Source: an uncultured Bacilli bacterium
Lineage (GTDB): Bacteria > Bacillota_I > Bacilli_A > RF39 > UBA660
Assembly: GCA_947627435.1 (NCBI GenBank)
Contig: CANQWB010000003.1
Location: 5,955-69,954, forward strand
Length of the DNA stretch: 64,000 nucleotides
Reading direction: 5' to 3'
Part shown: in pieces, positions 47,574-57,776 of the stretch
Layout: every line of letters starts with the position of its first letter
Numbering within the stretch: position 1 is the first letter of the stretch
The notes under the pieces: model-generated
The model's database searches: none
What the model was told of the DNA's origin: nothing
Seen by the model: only the letters and a program-made list of their open reading frames with translations
Made by a program: the position numbers and the translations under genes

Positions 47574-49049
47574 TTATAATACAATTGCAAATAAGTTTCC
47601 AGATCCCTTGTTGACTAATTTTGACAAAGTTGTTTGTAATTTAAATCTAACATTTTCAGGTAATAAAGATAATTTAGCTTGAATACCCTCTTTGACAATA
47701 ACATCTAAGCTTCTACCAAAGATTTCGCTTTTCCAAATATTATCTGGATCTGTATCTGAATCTTTCATAAGATAATCAATGAGTTCTTTGCTTTGTATTT
47801 CAGAACCTATAATTGGTTCAAAAGTGGATTCTACATCGACACGTATCATATGAATAGAAGGTGCTACTGCTTTTAATTTGATACCATATCGACTTCCTTG
47901 TTTGATAATTTCAGGGGTATCTAACTTCATATCTGCTAAACTTGGAGATGCCACTCCATAACCTGTTTGTTTTACCATCTTTAAAGCAGATTTGATTTGA
48001 TCGTATTCTTGTTTTGCTTCCTGATAATCTTGGAATAATTTGAGTAGTTCTGCACGGTTGCCTACATCGATACCAATGATTTCTTTTAATACTTGATTAT
48101 ATAAATTTTTTGGCGCCTGCAATGTAACAGTTACAATTCCAGTAGAAGTATCGACATCAGATAAATAAGCTTTACTAATATATTCACAATCGGTAAAGTG
48201 ATTTGCGATAGTTTCAATATCTCTTAATTTATCAATTTCGGTAACACTTTCACGTATTTTTTCAATATAAATTTTTTTGAGCCAATTATTTGGTGAAAGA
48301 CACGCAATCCATTCTGGCATACTTACATTTACTTCTAATACTGGGAATTCATATAATGCTTCTCTTAAAATGTTATAAATATCACGTTCTGTCATATTTT
48401 CAACACTGATTGGTAAAACCGGTACTTGATAAGATTCTTGTAGTTTTTCAGCCAGTCTTTCTGTCTCTGGTAACATTGGATGACTAGAATTTAGAATCAC
48501 AATAAATGGTTTTCCAATTTCTTTTAGTTCACTCACCACACGTTCTTCTGCTTCTACATAATTGTTTCTTGCAATTTCTCCAAATGATCCATCCGTTGTT
48601 ACAACAATTCCAATGGATGAATGATCACGAATGACTTTTTCAGTACCAATTTCAGCAGCTTCTACAAATGGTATTTCGTCATCATACCATGGACATTTTA
48701 CCATACGAGGTCCATTTTCATCTTCATAACCTTTGACACCAGGAATCACATATCCTACACAATCTACTAAGCGAATACTAGAAGTAAATTCATCAATTTG
48801 AATATTAGCCGCAGTACTTGGTACAAATTTGGGCTCTGTTGTCATTATGGTTTTTCCTTGTGCACTTTGAGGAATTTCATCAAGTGCACGTTTTTTTTCA
48901 TATTCATCTTCAATATTAGGAACAACTAGGTTTTCAATTACTTTTTTTATAAAGGTTGATTTTCCGGTTCTAACTGCTCCAACAACACCTAAATAAACAT
49001 CTCCACCAGTTCGTTCTGTAATACTTTTGATGATATCAATTTTTTCCAT
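47574..49049 (-). CDS. spoIVA: Stage IV sporulation protein A
   Basis: MEKIDIIKSITERTGGDVYLGVVGAVRTGKSTFIKK and full-length conservation. The start is taken at ATG 49049. Confidence 0.9.
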   Translation of the reverse strand: MEKIDIIKSITERTGGDVYLGVVGAVRTGKSTFIKKVIENLVVPNIEDEYEKKRALDEIPQSAQGKTIMTTEPKFVPSTAANIQIDEFTSSIRLVDCVGYVIPGVKGYEDENGPRMVKCPWYDDEIPFVEAAEIGTEKVIRDHSSIGIVVTTDGSFGEIARNNYVEAEERVVSELKEIGKPFIVILNSSHPMLPETERLAEKLQESYQVPVLPISVENMTERDIYNILREALYEFPVLEVNVSMPEWIACLSPNNWLKKIYIEKIRESVTEIDKLRDIETIANHFTDCEYISKAYLSDVDTSTGIVTVTLQAPKNLYNQVLKEIIGIDVGNRAELLKLFQDYQEAKQEYDQIKSALKMVKQTGYGVASPSLADMKLDTPEIIKQGSRYGIKLKAVAPSIHMIRVDVESTFEPIIGSEIQSKELIDYLMKDSDTDPDNIWKSEIFGRSLDVIVKEGIQAKLSLLPENVRFKLQTTLSKLVNKGSGNLFAIVL

Positions 49050-49141
49050 ATAATCCCTACTTTCCATAATTCACTAAACTGTATGCAGAATTAAGGATAT
49101 ATATACCTAAAAATGAAAAAAACTGATAAATCAGCTTTTCT

Positions 49142-49387
49142 TTATATAAATTTATCTAAATCCTTTGGAACCTGATCATTGATAACGGCACTTACAATTT
49201 TATCTTCTTTTTCTTTTGAAACATCCTTTCCTGTCATTTGCCCTAATTCTTGAATAATTTCACGTAATGTCGCTTCATTTTTTAAATCATTTTGTTGTAG
49301 TTTATTCGCAAGTTCTAAAATTTTATCTTTGCCAACGTTGGTTTTCTTTTCCACTTTATTAAAGAAACTATCTGAAAAGTTGAACAT
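49142..49387 (-). CDS. Stage VI sporulation protein F-like
   Basis: FFNKVEKKTNV...IIQELGQMTGKDVSKEKEDKIVSAV resembles SpoVIF (YjcC). Confidence 0.55.
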   Translation of the reverse strand: MFNFSDSFFNKVEKKTNVGKDKILELANKLQQNDLKNEATLREIIQELGQMTGKDVSKEKEDKIVSAVINDQVPKDLDKFI

Positions 49388-49437
49388 GTAATCCCTCCTA
49401 AGATAATATATGTTTATAGCTTAGAAGGGTTATTGTT

Positions 49438-49899
49438 TTACAAATAAAATTCATCAATTTCGAGTGTATCTTGTGTCTTAGAGGTATGAATTTGATCAAT
49501 TTGTTTTAAGGTATCTACAAATTGATGAAGATCTTGAATGTGATATAATAAATCACTCAATGCAATGACCCCAACCACTTTCGTTTTATCTGTAACAACA
49601 ATTCTTTTTACCTGATACTGACTCATATTTTGTAATACTTCTTCAATAGAAGCATCTTGACTTACCGATACAATTCTATGTGTAATATAGTTTTCCACCG
49701 TCATATTGCTTGTAACTTGATTGGCCAATGCTTGTACGACTAAATCACGATCGGTAATGACACCCACAATTTTATTTTCTTTTGCGATTGGCACAAAACC
49801 AATATCATTTTGCTTCATTAAAGATGCGATTTCATAAATAGTATTGTCAATTTTTCCTACAATTACAGGATAACTCATTATATTTTTCACACACATCAC
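49438..49899 (-). CDS. CBS domain pair protein
   Basis: Two CBS repeats (IMSYPVIVG...IGFVPI; IVSVSQDASIEEVLQNMSQYQVKRIVV). Confidence 0.8.
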   Translation of the reverse strand: MMCVKNIMSYPVIVGKIDNTIYEIASLMKQNDIGFVPIAKENKIVGVITDRDLVVQALANQVTSNMTVENYITHRIVSVSQDASIEEVLQNMSQYQVKRIVVTDKTKVVGVIALSDLLYHIQDLHQFVDTLKQIDQIHTSKTQDTLEIDEFYL

Positions 49900-49945
49900 C
49901 TTTTTATAGTATGAAATAATTCCTATATTTTATACATAACATATA

Positions 49946-50707
49946 GTGGTGAATAGGATGTACAGAAGAATGCACTTGAAAAAAAAATATCATTTATTTT
50001 CTAAACAAAATATAATCGTTTCAATGATTTTTCTTTTTATAATGACAATTTATCTTATATTCCATTTTCTCAATCAAAAAGTAACACCAATTTTAATGGA
50101 ATATGCAGAGTTACAAGTAGGAAGAATGGCAACACAAGTGATTAGACAGGCGGTATCAACGGAAGTAACAGATCAAATATCGATTGATGATTTATTTTTA
50201 ATTACAAGGGATGAAAATGGAGAAATTAAAACGATAGACTTAAATCCCATTCATGTCAATCGTATGGCTGGTTTGGTAACAGAGAAGGTAAGTGAGTATT
50301 TAACAAAAGTAGAAAATGGTCAAATCGATAATTTAAATATATCGGCAGATTTATATGATAGTAAGAAGGTAAAAAAAGGAATTATTTTTGAAATTCCTTC
50401 AGGAATTATATTCGATAATCCCATTTTAACCAATATTGGGCCTAAAGTACCAGTAAAATTAAATTTAATCGGAGATATTGTAACAGATATTAAAACAAAA
50501 GTGACAAATTATGGAATTAACAATGCGTTAATTGAAGTTTTGGTTTATGTTGAAGTGACAGAACAAGTCATATTACCATTCGCATCAAAACGTATGACAG
50601 TCGAAATGAATGTTCCTGTCGCACTAAAATTAATACAAGGAACTGTCCCTAATTATTATCTCAATGGAGCTACTTCCGATTCCAATTTAGCTATTCCAAT
50701 TTTATAA
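49946..50707 (+). CDS. Sporulation protein YunB-like
   Basis: N-terminal TM segment. The C-terminal NYGINNALIEVLVYVEVTEQVILPF resembles YunB. Confidence 0.55.
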   Translation: MVNRMYRRMHLKKKYHLFSKQNIIVSMIFLFIMTIYLIFHFLNQKVTPILMEYAELQVGRMATQVIRQAVSTEVTDQISIDDLFLITRDENGEIKTIDLNPIHVNRMAGLVTEKVSEYLTKVENGQIDNLNISADLYDSKKVKKGIIFEIPSGIIFDNPILTNIGPKVPVKLNLIGDIVTDIKTKVTNYGINNALIEVLVYVEVTEQVILPFASKRMTVEMNVPVALKLIQGTVPNYYLNGATSDSNLAIPIL

Positions 50708-50741
50708 AAAATGGTATAATAATAAAAGAAGGAAGTGTTCT

Positions 50742-51038
50742 ATGAAAAAACCAATTATAATTCATGATACGGAGTATGAAATTTTAGAAGATTATAAAAA
50801 TGGATTTGATATGGATTCTGTAGAAGAAAAATTGACAGATTATTTTGAACCATTTGATTATATTGTAGGAGATTGGGCATATGGGAAATTGCGATTAAAA
50901 GGATTTTGTGATAAAACAAATTCTATTTATAGAGCACTCAATGATATTGAAAATAAGGATTCTTATATTCAAAATGAATGTGCATATGAATGTAGATACT
51001 TTGTGTTGAAGAAAATCAGTCAAAAAGAACAAAAATAG
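50742..51038 (+). CDS. YutD-like (DUF1027) protein
   Basis: YEILEDYKNGFD...FDYIVGDWAYGKLRLKGF. Confidence 0.65.
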   Translation: MKKPIIIHDTEYEILEDYKNGFDMDSVEEKLTDYFEPFDYIVGDWAYGKLRLKGFCDKTNSIYRALNDIENKDSYIQNECAYECRYFVLKKISQKEQK

Positions 51039-51140
51039 AATCTTTAAAAAAAAGATTCTTTTTTATATTGATGAAATATAAAAAAGGAATACCAATTCGC
51101 TTGAAAAGATGATATAATGGATATGATTGGAGGCTAGCGA

Positions 51141-52251
51141 ATGGAACTAAATGAATTAATCAGTCTTTATCAAGCGTATTCAAAAAAAATAGATGAATTA
51201 TGGAGGTCACTTTGAACCCGAAAAAAAAGAAAATAGAATTCATGAATTAGAACAAGTAATGAATGAACCAAATTTTTGGGATGATAAGAAAAAAAGTGAA
51301 ACTGTCATTCAGGAACTAAATCAGTTGAAAAATCAGTTAACTAAAATAAAACATTTAAAAGAAAAAATTACAAGTAATATTGAAATTGTAGAAACATTGA
51401 AATTAGAAGATGATATCGAATTTCATCATCTAGTGGAACAAGAACTTTTAGAAATTGAATCTACAATAGAACAGTGTGAAATTGAAATATTATTAAATGG
51501 TCCATATGATGCTTTAGGCGCAATTTTGGAATTACATTCAGGTGCTGGAGGGACAGAAGCATGTGATTGGACCAATATGTTGTATCGTATGTATACAAGA
51601 TGGTGTGAAAAAAGAAATTATAAAGTGGAAACAATTGATATGCAGTCAGGAGAAGAAGCAGGTATCAAAAGTGTTACGATGCTTGTAAAAGGTTCATTTG
51701 CATATGGATATTTGAAATGTGAAAAAGGTGTACACCGATTAGTTCGCATTTCACCATTTGATTCCGGTGCCCGTCGTCATACATCATTCGCATCTGTCAA
51801 TGTGACACCTTTATTTGAAAATACTACCATAGATATTGAAATCAAAGAAAATGATTTACGAATTGATGTATATCGTAGTAGTGGTTGTGGAGGACAAGGC
51901 GTCAATACGACCGATAGTGCCGTTCGTATTACGCACATACCAACGAAAATTGTTGTCACTTGCCAAAATGAACGAAGTCAAATTCAAAATAAAGAGAAAG
52001 CAATGGAAGTATTAAAAAATAAATTGTATCAATTGGAATTAGAGAAAAAAGAAAAAGAACTTAAAAATATTACAGGAGATATGATGGATATTAATTTTGG
52101 ATCACAAATTCGTAGTTATGTGATGCATCCTTATTCTCTAGTAAAAGATCATAGAACCAATACCGAAACTGCACAAGTGAATAAAGTATTAGATGGAGAT
52201 ATTGATATATTTATCAATGATAATCTTAAGAAAGGAAATCCACATGTTTAA
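51141..52251 (+). CDS. prfB: Peptide chain release factor 2, requires a programmed +1 frameshift
   Basis: Frame 0 runs from ATG 51141 to CTT TGA (stop 51213-51215), preceded by the SD-like GGAGG at 51202-51206. The +1 frame continues GAA CCC...; SPF and GGQ motifs are present. Confidence 0.9.
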
Positions 52252-53122
52252 AAGAAAAAATAAACTAGATGAAAATATTGTAAAAAACATATATAAAAAA
52301 GCTCGTTTCGTACGCTATATTGAATTTACAATTGGTCTTTTTCTAGTAGCAGGAGCTTTCAATGTATTTATTTTACCAAGTAATATCGTATATGGAGTGA
52401 GTGGTCTTGGTGTTATTGCAAATCATCTTTGGAAAATAGATCCATCTATTATTATATTATTTGGAAGTGTTATATTACTGGGATTAAGTTTTCTATTATT
52501 AGGAACTGAACGAACAAAAAGTTCTATTGTGGGCTCACTTTTATATCCTATCTGTGTAAAATTAACAGAACAATTACCCATGTATATGAATATAGAAGGA
52601 ACTGAACCATTTGTAATAGTACTATTTGGAGCAGTGATTAGTGGATTTGGGTTAGGTCTTATTTTTAAAGCTGGATTCACAACTGGTGGAACTGATATTT
52701 TAAATCAAATCGTTTCCAAATATGCAAAAATATCCATGGGGAATGCCATGTTTTGGACAGATGGATTGATTATATGCTCATCTATTTTCGTCTTTGGTTG
52801 GACACAATTTATGTATTCTATATTGACATTATATATTATCAGCATCATGACGGATAAAGTAATTTTGGGAATTTCCCAATCAAAAGCATTTTATATTATT
52901 ACAGAACATGAAACCGCAATCAAAAAATTTATTATGCAGCATTTGAGTCATGGAGTTACAATATTAGAAGGTCGCGGTGGATATACGGGAAATCATCAGA
53001 AAGTAATGATGTGTATTATTCCGACAAAAGAGTATTTTATGTTTAAAGAAGGAATTCATCAAATTGATAAAAATGCATTCTTTGTCGTAACCGATGCTTA
53101 TGAAGTATCTGGAGGAGAGTAG
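52244..53122 (+). CDS. YitT family membrane protein (DUF2179 C-terminus)
   Basis: Multi-TM N-terminal half. The C-terminal GVTILEGRGGYTG...FFVVTDAYEV is typical. The likely start is ATG 52244. Confidence 0.8.
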   Translation: MFKRKNKLDENIVKNIYKKARFVRYIEFTIGLFLVAGAFNVFILPSNIVYGVSGLGVIANHLWKIDPSIIILFGSVILLGLSFLLLGTERTKSSIVGSLLYPICVKLTEQLPMYMNIEGTEPFVIVLFGAVISGFGLGLIFKAGFTTGGTDILNQIVSKYAKISMGNAMFWTDGLIICSSIFVFGWTQFMYSILTLYIISIMTDKVILGISQSKAFYIITEHETAIKKFIMQHLSHGVTILEGRGGYTGNHQKVMMCIIPTKEYFMFKEGIHQIDKNAFFVVTDAYEVSGGE

Positions 53123-53132
53123 GAGGTAAAGT

Positions 53133-53840
53133 ATGGACATTATTCGTTTCCAACATGTAAAAAAACAATATAAAACAGGTGTCACTGCTATACATGATTT
53201 ATCCTTGAATATTGAAAAGGGAGATTTTGTATTTATCATTGGTTCTACTGGATGTGGAAAATCGACATTGGTTAAAATGATTTACCGTGCAGAAAAACCA
53301 ACAAGTGGCAAAATATTAGTAGGTGGAATTAATGTTGCCAAATTACGTGATAGTAAAGTATATAAAATTAGAAGAAAAATTGGAGTCGTATTCCAAGATT
53401 TCCAATTGTTGTCTCGCTCTACAGTATATGAAAATGTGGCTTTTGCCTTAGAAATTTTTGGATTACCTAAAGCAGAAATTCATTCAAAAGTTATAAAGGC
53501 ACTTGAGTTAGTTGGATTGAAACATAAAGCTAAAAATTATCCAAATCAATTATCAGGAGGAGAACAACAACGTGTTGCCATTGCGCGTGCAATTGTCAAT
53601 GGACCAAAATTATTAATTTGTGATGAACCTACTGGAAATTTGGATAAAAACACAAGTGTGGAAATTATGACTGTATTAGAAGAAATTAATAAATTAGGGA
53701 CGACAATTATCATGGTAACACACGATACAGATATTGTGAACCGTATGAAAAAAAGAGTAATACTGTTAGATAGCGGAAGAATTTTAAAAGATTATGAGAA
53801 AGGAACATATAAAAATGAAGGCATTCAGAATACTAAGTAG
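53133..53840 (+). CDS. ftsE: Cell division ATP-binding protein FtsE
   Basis: Walker A GSTGCGKST, signature LSGGEQQR, Walker B LLICDEPTGNLD. Confidence 0.95.
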   Translation: MDIIRFQHVKKQYKTGVTAIHDLSLNIEKGDFVFIIGSTGCGKSTLVKMIYRAEKPTSGKILVGGINVAKLRDSKVYKIRRKIGVVFQDFQLLSRSTVYENVAFALEIFGLPKAEIHSKVIKALELVGLKHKAKNYPNQLSGGEQQRVAIARAIVNGPKLLICDEPTGNLDKNTSVEIMTVLEEINKLGTTIIMVTHDTDIVNRMKKRVILLDSGRILKDYEKGTYKNEGIQNTK

Positions 53841-54714
53841 AAATATTAGAGATGCTGCTAAAAGCGTATTTAGAAACTTTTCATTGTCACTCGCTTCTAT
53901 TTCTTGTATTACCATTACACTTATTGTAGTAGCGATTTCTTCTATTTTATCATCCAATGTGAATAATTTCGCAACTTTAGTGGAGAAAGATGTCACAATC
54001 GTAGTATTTCTAGATTTAGACATTACAGATCAAACAAGGCAAAATGTCGCAGACTCCATCCGCTTATTAGATAATATTGAGTCTGTTACATTTAAGTCAA
54101 AATCAGAAATTGCCAATGAAATGAAAGAATCTTCTAAAGAATTTGAAAGTGCTTTATCCAATTGGACAGAAGAAGAAAGCCCAATTCAAGATACTTATTT
54201 AGTGAAAGTAGAGGATATTGAAAGAATTGGGGAAACAGCAAAAAGCATTGAAAAAATGAAAGGTGTTTCCATTGTCAAATATGGAGAAGGTATGGTAGAA
54301 CAGCTTATCTCTGTATTTGATATGGTAAGAAAAATTACAGTGGGTATGGTTATTGCTTTAATTATCGTAACTGCTTTCTTAATTTCTAACACCATTAAAA
54401 TTACCATTTTCTCTCGAAGACGTGAAATTGAAATTATGCGTTTAGTGGGTGCTTCCAATATTAACATCAAAATTCCTTTTATGATGGAAGGTTTATTCTT
54501 AGGAATTTTAGGTTCTATTATTCCAATTATTGCCATGATATATGGTTATACTGCATTATATGAACATTTTGATGGGAAGATGTTTTCACCATTTATCCGT
54601 TTAATTCAAATACAACCATTTGTTTATGAAGTATCTCTTTTCTTACTGTTAGTCGGAGCACTTGTCGGTATGATTGGTAGCTGGAGAGCAGTACGTAAAT
54701 ATTTAAAAATATAG
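53815..54714 (+). CDS. ftsX: Cell division permease FtsX
   Basis: It overlaps the ftsE stop. One N-terminal TM segment, an extracytoplasmic domain, and three C-terminal TM segments. Start at ATG 53815. Confidence 0.9.
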   Translation: MKAFRILSRNIRDAAKSVFRNFSLSLASISCITITLIVVAISSILSSNVNNFATLVEKDVTIVVFLDLDITDQTRQNVADSIRLLDNIESVTFKSKSEIANEMKESSKEFESALSNWTEEESPIQDTYLVKVEDIERIGETAKSIEKMKGVSIVKYGEGMVEQLISVFDMVRKITVGMVIALIIVTAFLISNTIKITIFSRRREIEIMRLVGASNINIKIPFMMEGLFLGILGSIIPIIAMIYGYTALYEHFDGKMFSPFIRLIQIQPFVYEVSLFLLLVGALVGMIGSWRAVRKYLKI

Positions 54715-54816
54715 AGAGTTGATAAAAAATGAAGAATATGTTAATATGATATTGTAAAAATCAATCATAAAATAGTTTCAAATAGTAAACATTTCTAATA
54801 TTTGCTATTTGTAAAC

Positions 54817-54826
54817 GGGGGGGGGG
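54817..54826 (+). repeat. G10 homopolymer tract
   Basis: Ten consecutive G, followed by TAACCCC and T8. It lies 47 nt upstream of ATG 54873. Confidence 0.9.
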
Positions 54827-54872
54827 TAACCCCTTTTTTTTATTGTCTAAAGAAGTGAAAGGAATGAAGAAT

Positions 54873-55466
54873 ATGAAGAAGAAAGGGTTTGCAACGAGTG
54901 CAATTTTATACACATTATTGTTATTATTTATAGTATTATTAGTAGGAATCTTAAACAATTTACAAAATAAGAAAACAATACTAGATCAATTAAAAGTAAA
55001 TACCGTAAATGCATTACAATATGGTTCGGAGTTAGAGTCATTATTAGAGAGTGTCTCTAAAATAGAAAGTGAAATAGATGGTTTAAAAAAGAAAAATATT
55101 GAATTGGAAAATCAATTGAAAAATGTCTACACAAAAACAGAAACAAATAATTTATTAGCACAACATTCTTTGAATTTAACTGTTATAAACACGCAAGAGG
55201 AATTAGATAAAGCATTAGCATTTGATAGTGGAAAATATAGTGATTATACGGTTACAGAAGAAACAATCAATGTTACTAAACAGGGTTTATCCATATATGG
55301 TGGTGTGTGGTATGTACAAACAGTATATATAACCAAATCTTATGCGACACAAATCGCAAGTACTTATCTTGGATTCCTACCATGTATCCAAATGCGTGTT
55401 ATGTACAAGGGTGTGACATATGATTGGAAATCTGTATCAATGTCAGATATTCCAAAATCTACATAA
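54873..55466 (+). CDS. Hypothetical membrane-anchored protein with a coiled-coil segment
   Basis: N-terminus MKKKGFATSAILYTLLLLFIVLLVGIL. The start is chosen for its spacing from AAAGGA. Confidence 0.5.
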   Translation: MKKKGFATSAILYTLLLLFIVLLVGILNNLQNKKTILDQLKVNTVNALQYGSELESLLESVSKIESEIDGLKKKNIELENQLKNVYTKTETNNLLAQHSLNLTVINTQEELDKALAFDSGKYSDYTVTEETINVTKQGLSIYGGVWYVQTVYITKSYATQIASTYLGFLPCIQMRVMYKGVTYDWKSVSMSDIPKST

Positions 55467-55723
55467 AGCTTTTATATCTTCTGAACATATGAAATCCATC
55501 ATAAAATAGTTTATGACAGATAAAAGTATTGAGTATATTGATGTAATTGGGAATTATTTTTCCCTTTTTTATTGTCTAAAAAGAATGAGAAAAATTATAT
55601 TAGATTGTTCGTTTAAATCATAAAATAAGATTAGTTGAAACATCAGTCTATCTGTTAAAAATTAAAAAGAAAAATTTCATATTTTTTCATATAAAATCAT
55701 AAACTTTATTGGGTGAATTTAGA

Positions 55724-56503
55724 ATGTTAAAAGTAGGAGATTATGTTACCAGAAATTCTTATCATAATGATATGGTATTTAAAATTATTAAAATTGAAGA
55801 AGATATTTATTATTTAAAGGGAGTCAATGTTAGATTATATGCTGACAGTGAAGAGGAAGATTTGCAGATTTATAACAAAGAAGAAGATATTGAAATGGAG
55901 GAGACATTCTTAGAGAGAATTAAACCAGAAAATTTAGAACGCAATGATTATTTTTATTTGCCGGGAAAAATTCTACATATTGATGGAGATAATGAATACT
56001 TAAGTAGATGTTTAAAATATTATGAAGAAGCCAATATATGGGCAGCTGGTATTTTAGAAAAAGAATCCAATGTTTCATGCCGTATTCGCGAGTTACTGGA
56101 AGAATACAACCCCAATATTGTAGTAATCACAGGTCATGATGCATATTACCGAAAACGTGGACAAATGGATGATATCACTTCTTATAAGAATAGTGCTTAT
56201 TATGTAGAAGCCATTAAAGAAGCTAGAAAATTTGAAAAAAGTCATGAAAAATTAGTCATCATAGCTGGAGGATGTCAATCAGACTATGAAGAACTTATTA
56301 AAGCTGGCGCTAACTTTGCTTCTAGTCCTAAACGTGTGAATATTCATGCTTTAGATCCTGCCATTATCGCATCTAAAATGAGTTTAGCCGATGCAACTAA
56401 GGAAATAGATTTGAAGGGTATTTTAGATGATACCAAATATGGAAAAGATGGAATGGGCGGAATTATTACAAAAGGTACTATGTATGTAGGATATCCAAGA
56501 TAG
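55724..56503 (+). CDS. yabG: Sporulation-specific protease YabG
   Basis: MLKVGDYVTRNSYHNDMVFKII...VVITGHDAY...GGCQS. Confidence 0.85.
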   Translation: MLKVGDYVTRNSYHNDMVFKIIKIEEDIYYLKGVNVRLYADSEEEDLQIYNKEEDIEMEETFLERIKPENLERNDYFYLPGKILHIDGDNEYLSRCLKYYEEANIWAAGILEKESNVSCRIRELLEEYNPNIVVITGHDAYYRKRGQMDDITSYKNSAYYVEAIKEARKFEKSHEKLVIIAGGCQSDYEELIKAGANFASSPKRVNIHALDPAIIASKMSLADATKEIDLKGILDDTKYGKDGMGGIITKGTMYVGYPR

Positions 56504-56511
56504 GAGGAATT

Positions 56512-56733
56512 ATGACAATTGAAAAGGTAAAACAACAATTACATGAACATATTGGAGATGTAGTAACTATAAAATATAATTTAGGGAGAAATAAATTCGA
56601 AAAGTATGATGTAGTGATTAAAGAACTTTATAATCATGTCTTTTTAGTAGAAATCAATAAGGAAAACAATACCGAAATTAAGTCTTTTTCCTATTCTGAT
56701 GTCATTACAAAAACAATTAAAATAGACTATTGA
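56512..56733 (+). CDS. veg: Veg protein
   Basis: IKQQLHEHIGDVVTIKYNLGRNK... and the conserved yabG-veg-spoVG context. Confidence 0.8.
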   Translation: MTIEKVKQQLHEHIGDVVTIKYNLGRNKFEKYDVVIKELYNHVFLVEINKENNTEIKSFSYSDVITKTIKIDY

Positions 56734-56810
56734 TTCAGTTAAACTTGATTTTGAATTAAAAATGGTATAAAATGAAATTGTATAGGATATTCTGAAGGGA
56801 GAGATTTACT

Positions 56811-57074
56811 TTGAAAATAACATCTGTAAACGTTCATGTAACAGAAAAAGAAGATTCAAGAATGAAAGGTTTTGCATCCGTTTTAATAGAAGATTGCTTC
56901 GCAATTCATGATATTAGAATTATTCAAGGTGACAATGGATTATTTATTGCGATGCCAAGCCGTAAAACTGCAACTGGGGGATATCGTGATATTGCACATC
57001 CTATTACACCAGAATGTAGAAAATTATTTGAAGATGCAGTATTAGAAGCATATAAAAAAGAAATTGGTGAATAA
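56811..57074 (+). CDS. spoVG: Septation protein SpoVG
   Basis: KGFASVLIEDCFAIHDIRIIQGDNGLFIAMPSRK. TTG start after a GGGAGAG RBS. Confidence 0.95.
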   Translation: MKITSVNVHVTEKEDSRMKGFASVLIEDCFAIHDIRIIQGDNGLFIAMPSRKTATGGYRDIAHPITPECRKLFEDAVLEAYKKEIGE

Positions 57075-57163
57075 TTGAATGAAACAAGAAAGAAAAAACT
57101 TTCTTGTTTTTTGTATTCATAATTTTTTAGAATACTGCATATTCTTTCTTAGGAGGAAACAAA

Positions 57164-57451
57164 ATGGACAAGGATATCATTAATTCATCTAATCATAGTA
57201 TTACGATTAATGAACGAAAAAATATAATTATTACAGGTGTAAAAAAAATTGAAAGTTTTGATGATGAAGAATTTTTACTAGAAACAAATATGGGATTTAT
57301 TATTATTAAAGGTTCTGAATTAGAAATTATTAAATTAGATACTTATCAGGGAAATGTTTCCATTAGAGGAAGAATTAATAGTTTAACTTATATGGAAGGT
57401 GCCGGAAAAAAAGAAAAAGAAGATAGTGTATTTAGTAAGTTATTTAAATAA
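57164..57451 (+). CDS. yabP: Sporulation protein YabP
   Basis: ITINERKNIIITGVKKIESFDDEEFLLET..GFIIIKGSELEI. Confidence 0.85.
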   Translation: MDKDIINSSNHSITINERKNIIITGVKKIESFDDEEFLLETNMGFIIIKGSELEIIKLDTYQGNVSIRGRINSLTYMEGAGKKEKEDSVFSKLFK

Positions 57452-57747
57452 TGTCTTTATCTACTCAAATACATACATTACTGTTTTCTTTTTTCTTTGG
57501 TTTCGGTTTTTCCTTTCTTATTACATTGAATTATAAATGGATTTATCATGAAAAAAAGAGTTATCAAATAATATCTACTTTTTTAATTGTAATTTCCAGT
57601 ACATTTTTCTATTTTATTGGTCTTCATAAGGTTAATTATGGAATTTTTCATCCCTATGCTGTAATTGCAGTAATATTAGGTTTTATCATAGAACATTCAC
57701 TTCACAAATTTGTAGTTAAAAAAATTGCCTTTCTTAAAAAAAAATGA
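57451..57747 (+). CDS. yabQ: Spore cortex biosynthesis protein YabQ-like
   Basis: Three TM segments. Translationally coupled to yabP. Confidence 0.6.
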   Translation: MSLSTQIHTLLFSFFFGFGFSFLITLNYKWIYHEKKSYQIISTFLIVISSTFFYFIGLHKVNYGIFHPYAVIAVILGFIIEHSLHKFVVKKIAFLKKK

Positions 57748-57776
57748 TATACTCGTTTTGAGAATAGGTGATGGCT

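Noticed and set aside
54761-54958. Minus-strand 65-aa ORF spanning the G10 tract
   Set aside because: It has no RBS, runs antisense through a terminator-like hairpin and the start of the plus-strand gene, and the poly-G simply encodes a Pro run.
54873-54960. Possible type IV prepilin signal (KKGFATSAILY) in the 54873-55466 protein
   Set aside because: The conserved Glu at +5 after the Gly and the G-F-T-L-x-E pattern are absent. It is more likely a plain N-terminal membrane anchor.
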